From: Pristiophorus japonicus
Taxonomy: Eukaryota
DNA length: 64,000 nucleotides
Direction of reading: 5' to 3'
Assembly: GCF_044704955.1 (NCBI RefSeq)
Contig: NC_091979.1
Coordinates: forward strand, 151,218,001 to 151,282,000
Positions 1-11,534 of the stretch are shown in pieces. The translations under genes and the position numbers were made by a program. The notes beneath the pieces were generated by a model. That model was not told where the DNA came from and did not search any database. It saw nothing but the letters and a program-made list of their open reading frames with translations. How positions within the stretch are numbered: position 1 is the first letter of the stretch; every line of letters begins with the position of its first letter.

Positions 1-3000
1 GCACTGTATATAAGCCGGAACATGGGAGTGCATGCTTTACAGATAAACAACTTCACTCCCCCCACATAGTCAAAGTGAAAACTATTTACAAGGTGAGGTG
101 GTCGGGAGCCTTTCTTTCACTGGTGGACCGCCTCGGTACAAATGTCTGTTCTGGTGTGTTGGCTGTGCCCTCGCTGGGCTGGCTTTTGTTGGCCCTGCAG
201 GGCTGCTGGGTGAGCCTGGCCTTGCTGGGCTGTTGGGCGTGATAGGTTCGATTTCCTGGTTCGGCGTGGTGTCGTTGATCCTTTGGGTGTGTGTTGTAGG
301 CTCGAAAAAGGTGGTGTCTGCTGTGGGTTGTTCAGGGCAGTCTGTGAACCACAGCCTCGTTTGGTCCAGGTGCTTTCTGCAAATTTGTCCATTGTCTAGT
401 TTGACCACAAACACCCTATTCCCTTATTTAGCTATCACTGTGCCTGCGATCCACTTGGGACCATGTCCATAGTTTAGCACATACACAGGGTCATTCAGAT
501 CAATTTCCCGTGACACAGTGGCGCGACCATCGTTTACATTTTGTTGCTGCCGCTTGCTCTCTACCTGATCATGCAGGTTGGGGTGAACCAGCGAGAGTCT
601 GGTTTTAAGTGTCCTTTTCATGAGTAGCTCAGCCGGGGGCACCACTGTGAGCGAGTGGGGTCTCGTGCGGTAGCTGAGCAGTACTCGGGACAGGCGGGTT
701 TAGAGTGAGCCTTCTGTGACTCGTTTAAGGCTCTGTTTGATGGTTTGTACTGCCCGCTCTGCCTGCCCATTGAAGGCTGGTTTAAACAGGGCCGAGGTGA
801 CATGTTTGATCCCATTGCGGGTCATGAATTCTTTAAATTCGGTACTGGTGAAACATGGCCCATTGTCACTGACCAGTATGTCAGGCAGGCCGTGGGTGGC
901 AAACATGGCCCTCAGGCTTTCAATGGTGGCTGTGGCGATGCTTCCCGACATTATTTCACATTCAATCCATTTTGAAAAAGCATCCACCACCACCAGGAAC
1001 ATTTTACCGAGAAACGGGCCCGCATAGTCGACATGGATCCTCGACCATGGTCTGGAGGGCCAGGACCACAAACTTAGAGGTGCCTCTCTGGGCGCGTTGC
1101 TCAACTGAGCACATACGCTGCATTGCCGTACACAGGACTCTAAGTCAGAGTCGATACCGGGCCACCACACTTGGGATCTGACTATCGCTTTCATCATTAC
1201 TATACCCGGGTGTGTGCTGTGGAGATCCGAGATGAACGTCTCCCTGCCGTTTTTTGGTAGCACTACGCGGTTACCCCACAACAGGCAGTCTGCCTGAATG
1301 GACAGCTCGTCCTTTCGCCGCTGGATCGGCTTGATTAGTTCTTGCATTTCAACGGGGATGCTGGCCCAGCTCCCATGCAGTACACAGTTTTTTACTAGGG
1401 ATAGCAGAGGATCTTGGCTGGTCCAAGTCCTAAACTGGCGGGCCGTGACAGGTGATTTATCATTTTCAAATGCTTCCATGACCATCAACAAGTCTGCGGG
1501 CTGCGCCACCATCAACAAGTTTGCAGGCTGTGCCATTTCCACCCCCGTGGTGGGCAATGATAGCCGACTGAGAGCATCCGCATAGTTCTCGGTGCCTGGC
1601 CTGTGGCGGATGGTATAGTTATACACTGATAGTGCGAGTGCCCACCTTTGTATGTGGGCTGAGGCATTAGTATTTATCCCTTTGTTTTCAGCGAACAGGG
1701 ATGTGAGGGGCTTGTGATCGGTTTCCAGCTCAAATTTGAGGCCAAACAGGTACTGATGCATTTTCTTTACCCCGAACACACACGCTGATGCCTCTTTCTC
1801 AATCATGCTGTAGGCTCTCTCGGCCTTAGACAAGCTCCTGGAAGCATAGGCGACAGGTTGCAACTTCCCCGCAATGTTATGTTGTTGTAATACACACCCG
1901 ACTCCGTACGACGACGCATCACATGCTTGCACAAGTCTTTTACACGGGTTATACAATACAAGCAGCTTCTTGGAGCATAAAATGTTTCTGGCTTTCTCAA
2001 AAGCAATTACTTGGTTTTTTTCCCCATACCCATTTCTCACCTTTGCGCAATAACACATGCAGGGGCTTTAAGAGGGTGCTTAACCCTGGTAGGGAAGTTA
2101 CCAAAATAGTTGAGGAGCCCCAGGAACGACCGCAGCTCCATGACAGTCTGTGGCCTGGGCGCGTTCCTGATAGCCTCTGTCTTGGCGTCTGTGGGCCGAA
2201 TGCCATCCACCGCGATCTTTCTCCCCAAAAACTCCACTTCTGTTGCCATGCAGACGCATTTTGACCTCTTCAGCCGCAGACCTACGCGATCCAATTGCTG
2301 GATGACCTCCTCCAGGTTTTGTAGGTGCTCGCCGGTGTCCCGACCCGTGACCAATATGTCATCCTGAAAGACCACCGTGTGTGGTACTGACTTGAGTAGG
2401 CTCTCCATGTTTCTCTGGAAGATCGCTGCAGCCGACCGAATTCCAAACGGGCATCTGTTGTAGATGAACAGTCCCTTGTGCATGTTGATGCAGGTGAGGC
2501 CCTTCGAAGACTCCTCCAGCTCCTGCATCATGTAGGCCGAAGTCAGGTCGAGCTTGGTGAACGTCTTGCCTCCCGCCAGAATCGCAAATAGGTCGTCTGC
2601 CTTAGGTAGTGGGTATTGGTCCTGTTGCGAGAAACGATTAATAGTTACTTTATAATCGCCGCAAATCCTGACCATGCCATCACTTTTGAGTACTGGAACA
2701 GTCGGCTGGCCCACTCACTGAATTCCACTGGGGAGATGATGCCCTCGCGTTCCAGCCTGTCCAGCTCGATTTCCACCCTCTCCCTCATCATGTGAAGTAC
2801 CGCTCGCGCCTTATGGTGAATGGGTCGTGCCTCTGGGATCAAGTGGATCCGCACCTTCGCCCCGGAAAAGCTTCCAATGCCTGGTTCAAAAAGGGTAGGA
2901 AATTTGTTGAGAACCTGGGTACTTGAGGCCTCATCGACATGTGATAGTGCTCGGATGTCATCCCAGTTCCAGCGGATTTTGCCCAGCCAGCTCCTTCCAA

Positions 3001-4769
3001 GCAGTGTGGGGCCATCGCCTGGGACAATCCAGAGTGGCAGTTCGTGCACCATGCCCTCATAGGTGACCTTGACCATGGCACTGCCCAGGACAGTGATAAG
3101 CTCTTTGGTGTACGTTCTTAGTTTCGCGTGGATGGGGCTCAGGTCTGGTCTGAATGCCTTGTTTTTTTTTTAAATTCGTAGCCAATCGTTCCAATTCTTT
3201 GTCAAATCACAAACGCCAGAGGTCACCTTGCACACATCAAGGATCACTCTGCACCAATGCTCTTAGCCAAAAGGCCTAGAGCCACTGCACCGTTCCTGGA
3301 AGTACTGCAATACCAGGTTCGTGCCATGGAGGTGGATGGGTCAGGCCCCCCACACACCTCCGTGGAGGTGGATGGGTCAAGCCACCCCACCCACCTCCTA
3401 TTTCCAAAAAGCAAGCATATACCTTCCTGATCCAGGGAGAACCACTTTGGGGTCATGGTGGTTACTCCCCTGTCAGGTCAGTTACGCATGATCTTAGCCA
3501 AAAGGCCTTGTTGCACCACAATCTCTCAAACATCTTTTTACTCATGATGGATTGGCTAGTGCCAGTGTCCAGTTCCATGGCTACGGGTAAGCCATTCAAT
3601 TTTACGTTTAGCATTATAGATGGACATTTCATCGAAAATGTGTGCACCCCGTGTACTTCAGCATCTGCCTCCTCTCTCTGAGGCTCGAAATTGCTTTGAT
3701 CCACCATGGAGTGATCTTCCTCTGCCACGTGGTGGTTAGCAGGTTTTGCAGAGCTTGCAGCTCATTTGCATGCTCGTTGGATGTGCCCCATTGTTCCACA
3801 GCTCTTGCAAACATACCCTTTGAAGCGGCATGAATAGGCTGAATGGAAGCCTCCACAACGCCAACAAGGTGTGAATCCTTTGTTGGGGACTCTGAGTCAT
3901 CCGGGTCACCTGAGGCCTGCTGGCAGTTACAGACTCGTGGGTTCTGCTCTGTACATTTCTGCTCACAAACACAGTTCCAGTTAATTTATGAACATTGCTA
4001 GCACTTGTGTGCTAAGAGATTTGTTTGGTGTTATCACTGGTGGACATAAATGCCTGTGCTATCGCAATGGCCTTGCTGAGGGTCGGTGTCTCTACAGTCA
4101 AAAGTTTTCATAGGATGGTCTCATGGCCAATGCCCAGTACAAAAAAGTCTCTGAGCATTTGCCCCAGGTAGCCATCAAACTCACATTGTCCTGCAAGTCG
4201 CCTTAGCTCGGCGACGTAGCTCGCGACTTCCTGACCTTCAGGTCGCTGGCACATGTAGAACCGATACCTCGCCATCAGCACACTCTCCCTTGGGTTAAGA
4301 TGCTCCTGAACCAGTGTACATAGCTCCTCATATGACATCTATGGGTTTCACCGGAGCCAAAAGATTCTTCATGAGGCTGTAGGTCGGTGCCCCGCAGACC
4401 GTGAGGAGGACCGTTCTCCTTTTTGCAGCACTTCCTTCTCCGTCCAGCTCGTTGGCTACAAAGTACTGGTCTAGCCGTTCAACATAGGCTTCCCAGTCCT
4501 CACCTTACTAGAACTCCTCCAGGATGCCCACAGTTTGCTGCATCTTTGCGTTGGATTCGTATTCTCGTGGCCAGTTGTTGTGTTCCTAACACAGATGAGG
4601 CTATACACAGGGAGGTTAAAGTAACAATGACCACAGTCTTTAATAAGACACTCCAGAGAAAGGAACAGGCCTTAGGGGCCGGCTTATATACAGTGCTCCC
4701 AAGGGATGCTGGGATCTCTTGGGACTTCAAAGGATGAGCTCCCTGATGGCGGAACATGGGAGTGCATGC
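1..4769 (-). mobile_element. Ty3/Gypsy LTR retrotransposon A (Mag/K02A2.6-like), decayed; same family as element D
   Basis: Frameshifted gag (4108-4543), protease (MELDTGTSQS), RT (VVFQDDILV), RNase H (CDASSYGVG, ETDHKPL) and integrase (HSTHPG..C..C, SDNGP). 5' LTR 4576-4769 lacks its first ~17 nt and is followed by PBS TGGCCACGAG. The 3' LTR runs off the window start (1-50); polypurine tract at ~55-64. Confidence 0.95.
3164..3504 (-). mobile_element. Chimeric U2/U1 snRNA-derived A-tailed retroposon (SINEU-like) inserted in the protease region of element A
   Basis: Absent at the homologous site of element D (27536-27559). TSD GCCTTGTT at 3156-3163 and 3505-3512; A tail. Contains the U2 5' motif GGCCTTTTGGCTAAGATCA, a U1-like 5' segment and U2 stem-loop IV ACCTGGTATTGCAGTACTTCCAGGAACGGTGCA. 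Confidence 0.9.
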
Positions 4770-5013
4770 ATCTCTAATATATTTAATCCGCTAGTATCTG
4801 AAAAAAGATTCCGTGCATAGAATAAGCATTGTGGCGTGACATTTCCGCTTGGGGTGCAATCTGCAAAATGTGCCCATAATGCGCTGAACAATTCACCGAT
4901 TTTGCCGAGGGGAAGTTAAACTCAAATTTCCGTGCAAACTCATTAGCATAAGGCCGAACATAAAATCTACCATGAATTAACACAATCAAGCTGCGTAATC
5001 GTTCACGTCCCAT

Positions 5014-5474
5014 TCACCCATCACCCCTGTGCTCGCTGGCCTATATTGGTTCCCGGTTAAGCCACACCTCAATTTTAAAATTCTCATTCTTGTTTTCAAA
5101 TCTCTCCATGACCTCAACCCTCCCCATCTCTGTAATCTTCACCGGCCCTACAACCTTTCGAGATATCTGCGCTCCTCCAATTCTGGCCTCTTGCGCATCC
5201 CAGCTTTTAATCACTCCACCATTGGCTGCAATGACTTCAGCTGCCAAGGCACTAAGTTCTGGAATTCCCTCCCTAAACCTCTCTGCCTCATTATCTCTTT
5301 TTCCTCCTTTAAGATGCAACTTAAACCCTACTTGTTTGACCAAGCTTTTGGCCACCTGCCCTAATATCTCCTTCTGTGGCTCGGTGTCAAATTATGTTTT
5401 ATAATGATCCTGTGACGCGCCTTGGGACGTTTTACTACATTAAAGGCGTCAGATAAATATAGGCTGTTGTTGTT
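5014..5474 (+). mobile_element. L2-clade LINE 3' fragment
   Basis: HITPVLAGLYWFPVKPHLNFKILILVFKSLH...KFWNSLP...LKPYLF is a typical L2 ORF2 C-terminus, followed by an L2-type tail ending TTGTTGTTG; homologous to 63030-63230. Confidence 0.85.
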
Positions 5475-5867
5475 GGGGCCATGTTGGAGTTTATTATGAG
5501 ACTGTGGAGTTTAAGGTGAGAGGCAAGGGACACGATAAGAGGAAGTAAAGTTTGTAGAAAAGAAACATGTGAAGATGTAAACATTTTAATAAGGAATTGA
5601 TAATAGATAAATGGTAATAGTGACCGCAAGGTAAAACAATTTTCCTGCTGTAATTTACACTGCAGTAGTGTTTTACTACCAAAGAGACAGAGTATGATCA
5701 TGATGGAAGAGACAATAAAATTGTAGATTTTCAATTTTTTAATCACTGACTTTGAAATTATTAATCGCTAGTCAGAGGAGATCTAGGACAGGAGCATTAT
5801 ACCATTTAATACACAATCTATTATTCTGTTGCTACGGTTTAGCTTATTGTCCCTTTAAATACACAAA

Positions 5868-6740
5868 GGGGAAATAATTCGGTACCTTAGCATCTCCAGT
5901 TTGTGCCTGGCGGGAGTGCTAACGGGACATTGAGGCGGTAGCGCGTAGTGAGGCGAATCCAGTGACGCATGCCAAATCCGCTCCCTCCCTCCGCCCCGTA
6001 GTGCCGCCGCTACAAGTTAGAGCCGGGAACTGCAGTGCCAGGCAGATTGTGATGTCAGTGAGCGAGCGTTAAAATTCTCATCTTTGTTTTCAAATCTCTC
6101 CATGACCTCAACCCTTCCCATGTCTGCAACCTCCACCAGCCCTACAACCTTCCGAGATATCTGCGCTCCTCCAATTCTGGCCGATCTGCAAAATTCATTG
6201 TCGCCTCCTGCCTTAGCGCCTAGCTACAATAGCGACAGGAAGAGGAGGTGTCAAGCAGGTGGATGCCGGCTCCAGGCGCGCTACTTAAAGGGATCATGAA
6301 TAATGAGTCGCAGCTGTCAGTTTTGTGCTGTTTCACTGCTTCCTTGTCAGTTTGACTGAATTCAACTGTTGCACAGTCATTTAAAGATTATTTAGTCTCT
6401 GGAGTGTTGTGGCTTCTAAAAACTAGTGACATTTTTATTCTCGCTGCATATCAACGTGCTACACTAGAATTAGGTTCTGCAGCATCAATGAACCTCCCCT
6501 TTAAGAACTGGAAAGAGCTTGTGGCAATGATGACCTGCGATTAGACTGCACCTGATATTGCTTGCGCTTTGAGTGTAACGCCACTGAGCTAGGCCATTAG
6601 CCCTTGATTTAGCGTTACAATCCTTTCTTTGAGCAATGAGAGATAATTTTGCATGCAGCGTAATTCATTTAGCCTGGCGCTAAATCTCAAACTTTTCTAA
6701 GGTTACCACCCATTCCTGGGCTATAATGAATTTCTCCCCC
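5868..6740. mobile_element. Non-autonomous DNA transposon, probably PIF/Harbinger type, with an L2 fragment inside (~6070-6183)
   Basis: Imperfect terminal inverted repeats GGGGAAATAATTC and GAATTTCTCCCCC; the internal piece resembles 5078-5188. Confidence 0.55.
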
Positions 6741-7936
6741 ATAGTCTAATTATTGTAAACAGGCGCATCTTGAGGCCATTAGGATACTACTTGCTATTGG
6801 TGCTTTTTTTCCCCTCTTTATAATAGTTTTTTAAAGATGCTTCTTGTTCATTAGTAGGTTCCCTACCTGTTCACTTGTGATTTGTTGCTGATTTATGAAT
6901 GTGGGACAGTTGAACAAATCAGGTGGAAATCTAACTTACATTTTCAAGGATAAGACTAAGGTGTGTTGTTTTTTCAGATGTGGCGCTTTGAAGTGTAGTA
7001 GGCATGCATTCAATGTGAATCTTTCATATACATATATAATTAGCAGATATCCCATGGCATTGCTCATAATGTATCAGGAGATAACCTATTTCATAAACAG
7101 ATTGTTAGACCTTGTAATGCACAATGTATGAAACAGCTGATCTGTGGCATTGCTGATGAACAAAATGTGTTACCTTTCTTCCTACTTCTTTCCCACACTC
7201 TAATTCTTCTTGTATTTCTCTCTTTTTATTTTGCTTTAAAATGTCGTCCCCTTCTCTCTCAACAGCTCTGACATGTTTTTCGTATTGTGGTATCACTCTG
7301 CATGGTTCTTTTATACTCATTATTCCACTCTATCTGTAAGTTTTTCTCCCTCTGCTTCTTCTCTCCTCTTTATCTTTCATAAATGTAGTCAATATCTATC
7401 TAAGGCCTAGAACAAGCAGAAAAATGGGAGACAATAGATACTGAGTTGAAAGTGGAGATGGGGAGAGGCTGCTGGCAAAGTGCTGCATTATGAGACATAA
7501 GGTGGGGTTGAGTGTAAGCTAGTACTGAGGGGGCAGGGGGAGAGGGTGTGCAGCTGTAGCTCAAGAAGCAAGAGGTTGGAATTGCTGTTGAAGTGTTGGA
7601 GGGGACATAGCCTTGGGGTAATGCTGGAAGTAGAATGTGGTAATGTTAAAATCTGAGAACTCTAAGTGGGGTTGCAGCACTTAGACGCAAAGGAAATATT
7701 TGGACCAGCAATTATTTGGGATAGGCAAGTGAACAATAGGAGAAAACATCAGTTGGCAAGCGTGTCCATGGGTGACATAGGAAGCACTCGGGATAAACAG
7801 CAAGTTTTGGCATGTTCTATGAATAGCCAGTTTTACTGCTGAACATAATCGTTTCCAGAAAACAATATGAGAGACCATTTCTAACACAGAAACCTGGGCC
7901 TACACATTTGGAGTAAGAAACAAAGCAGAGTAGTAT

Positions 7937-8119
7937 TCTACAAGGCATAAGTCATGAGCGTGATGGAATACTCTCCTCTTGCCTGGATGAGTGCAGCTCC
8001 AACAACACTCAAGAAGCTTGACACCATCCAGGACAAAGCAGTCTGCTTGATTGGCACATCATCCACCACCATGGGAACACCATCACCTGCAAGTTACCCT
8101 CCCGACTTGAAAATATATC
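7937..8119 (+). mobile_element. CR1-group LINE 3' fragment, left part (split by element B; continues at 17390-17590)
   Basis: VMEYSPLAWMSAAPTTLKKLDTIQDKAVCLIG is a LINE ORF2 C-terminal motif; the sequence resumes after the 3' LTR of B. Confidence 0.7.
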
Positions 8120-11100
8120 TGTTATATATGTAAACCTGTAAATACCTTGTGTAACCACCAGAGAGCTCATATACCCTGAAGTCCCAAGGGATCCCACAAT
8201 TCCTTGGGAGCACTTGTACTTAAGGAGGCCTCACAGGGTGGAGAGGCACTCTGGAGATCTGTAATAAAAGACTAAGGTCACACTTCACTTTGAGCTCACA
8301 GTATCTGGTCAGACTCTTTATTCATATATAACAACTGGTGACGAGATACAGATGACGAACCCAATGATGCAAAGAACAGTGGACATCCTGGAGAAATTTT
8401 TGGAGGGAGATGATTGGGAAACCTTTGTGGAGCGACTTGACTAATACTTTGTGGCCAACGAGCTGGAAGGAGAAGCAAATGCTGCCAAACGAAGGGCGAT
8501 TCTCCTCACCGTTTGCGGGGCACCAATGTATGGCCTCAGGAAAAATCTGCTTGCTCCAGGGAAACCCACAAAGAAATCATACGATGATTTGTGCACACTG
8601 GTCCGGAAGCATCTGAACCCGAAGGAAAGCGTTCTTATGGTGAGGTACCGGTTCTACACGTACAAAAGGTCTGAAAGCCAGGAAGTGGCGAGCTATGTCG
8701 CCGAGCTAAGAGGCCTTGCAGGACATTGCGAATTTGAAGGACATTTGGAGCACATGCTCAGGGACATCTTTGTACTTGGCATTGGCCACGAAGTGATACT
8801 TCGCAAACTTTTTACTGTAGAGACCCCAATCTTGAGTAAGGCCATAGCGATAGCCCAGACGCTCATTGCCACCAGCGACAAGACCAAGCAAGTCTCTCAG
8901 CACATGAGTGCTGCTACAAGTACTGTGAACAAAGTAATGTTGTTTTCGAATCGCAATATATAGGGCAGGCCTCATATGCAAGCAGCTGCATGTCCACAGA
9001 TATCTCAGAGTCCACCATCAAAGGTGATGAATGATAGGCCATTAACACCTTATTGGCGCTGCGGGAGTGATCATCATTTCTATTCATGCCGCTTCAAAGG
9101 ATACATTTGCAAGGGCTGTGGAACAATGGAACATCTCCAACGTATGTGCAGGCGAGCTGCAAATCCTGTTAATCCTGCAAACCACCATGTTGCAGAGGAG
9201 GACAGATCCATGGCGGATCACGATGAACCAGAGCCTCAGACCGAGGAGGCAGAGGTATATGGAGTGCACACATTTACCACAAAGTGTCCCCCGATAATGC
9301 TGAAGGTTCAATTAAATGGACTCCTGATATCAATGGAGCTGGGCATGGGCGCGAGCCAGTCCATTATGAGCAAAAAGACTTTCGATAAATTGTGGTGCAG
9401 CAAGGCCTCAAGGCCAGTCCTGACTCCCAATCGCACTAAACTAAGAACTTACACAAAGGAACTGATTCCCGTAATCGGCAGTGTTACGGTAAAGGTCTCC
9501 TACGATGGAGCGTGCACAAGTTACCAGTCTGAGTGGTACTGGGTGATGGTCCCACGCTGCTCGGCAGAAGCTGGCTGGGAAAGATACGCTGGAACTGGGA
9601 CGATGTCCGAGTGCTCTTGTCCGTCAGTGACACTTCGTGTGCCCAGGTCTTCAACAAGTTTCCCTCACTGTTCGAACCAAGCATCGGGAAGTTCCAAATA
9701 GCAAAAGTGCAGATCCACCTAATTCCGGGGGCGTGACCCATCCATCACAAGGCGAGAGCAGTACTGTACATGATGAGAGAGAGGGTGGAGATTGAGTTGG
9801 ACCGGCTGCAACGAGCGGGCATCATTTCGCCGATCGAATTCAACGACTGGCCAGTCCGATTGTTCCAGTCCTCAAGGGAGACAGCACCGTCAGAATCTGT
9901 GGTGATTACAAAGTTTCTCCCTGCAGGAACAATACCCACTACCAAAGGCAGACGACCTTTTTGCAACGCTGGCGGGAGGAAAGACCTTCACGAAGCTGGA
10001 CTTGACCTCAGCCTACATGATGCAGGAGCTGGAGGAATCATCGAAGGGCCTCACCTGCATCAACACGCACAAAGGTTTCTTCATTTACAACAGATGCCCA
10101 TTTGGGATTCAACCAGCCGCGCCGATATGTCAGAGAAACATGAAAAGCTTACTGAAGTCGGTTCCGCGCACAGTGGCCTTCCAGGACAACATCTTGGTTA
10201 CAGGTCGGGACACAATCGAGCATCTGCAGAACCGAGAGAGGTTCTTATTCGGCTCAACCGCGTGGGGCTCAGGTTAAAACACTCGAAGTGCGTTTTCCTG
10301 GCGCCTGAAGTGGAGTTCCTGGGGAGAAGAATCGCGGCGGATGGCATCAGGCCCACCGATTCGAAGATGGAGGGAATCGAGAACGCACCGAGGCCACAGA
10401 ACGTGACAGAGCTGCAGTAGTTTCTAGGACTCCTGAACTACTTTGATAACTTCTTACCGGGTCTCAGCACACTGTTAGAACCACTGCATGTCTTACTGTG
10501 TAAAGGAGGCGAATGGGTATGGGGCAAAAGCCAAGAAAATGCCTTTGTAAAAGCTAGGAAACTGTTATGCTCAAATAAATTGCTTGTGTTGTATGATCCA
10601 TATAAGCATTTGGTACTAGCATGTGATGCGTCGTCACAAGGTGTCGGGTGTGTATTGCAACAAGCTAATGAATCTGGGAAATTGCAACCAACCGGTTGCT
10701 TATGCATCCAGACTTCTGTCTAAGGCTGTGAAAGCCGACAGCATGATTGAAAAAGAAGCGTTGGCGTGTGTCTATGGGGTAAAGAAAATGCATCAATACC
10801 TGTTTGGGCTCAAATTTGAATTGGAAACTGAACATAAGCCACTGATATCCCTCTTTTCTGAAAGTAAGGGGATAAATATGAATGCATCGGCCCACATCCA
10901 GAGATGGGCGCTCACGTTGTCCGCATACAACAACGCCATCCGCCACAGGCCAGGCACAGAAAACTGTGCCAATGCTCTCAGTAGGCTGCCATTGCCCACC
11001 ACAGGGGTGGAAATGGCACAGCCCGTAGAATTAGTCATGGCAATGGAAGTATTCGAGAGTGAGCAACCACCCGTTACCGCCCAACAGATTAGAAACTGGA

Positions 11101-11534
11101 TGAGCCAGGACCCCTTACTCTCCCGAGTAAAAAACTGTTTGCTTCACGGGAGCTGGTCCAGTGTCCCATTAGAAATGCAGGAAGAGATAAAGCCGTACCA
11201 GTGGTGCAAAAATGAAATGTCTATACAGACAGACTGCCTTCTGTGGGGTAATCGGGTAGTGGTACCCAAAAAGGGCAGGGACACTTTCATTAGTGATTGC
11301 CACAGTACTCACCCAGGCAATGATGAAAGCGATAGCCATATCCCACGTGTGGTGGCCCGGTATCGATGCGGACTTAGAGTCTTGCGTGCACAAATGTAAC
11401 ACATGCTCACAGATAAGCAATGCATCCAGGGAGGCGCCATTGAGTTTATGGTCTTGGCCCTCCAAACCACGGTCTAGGGTCCATGTCGACCAGACAGGCC
11501 GGTTCTTGGGTAAAATGTTCCTTGTGGTTGTCGA

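Noticed and set aside
3244-3456. 70-aa ORF in the snRNA chimera
   Set aside because: Incidental frame across snRNA-derived sequence.
3286-3507. Functional U1 or U2 snRNA gene
   Set aside because: Segments are partial and rearranged, A-tailed, flanked by a TSD and lack snRNA promoter context.
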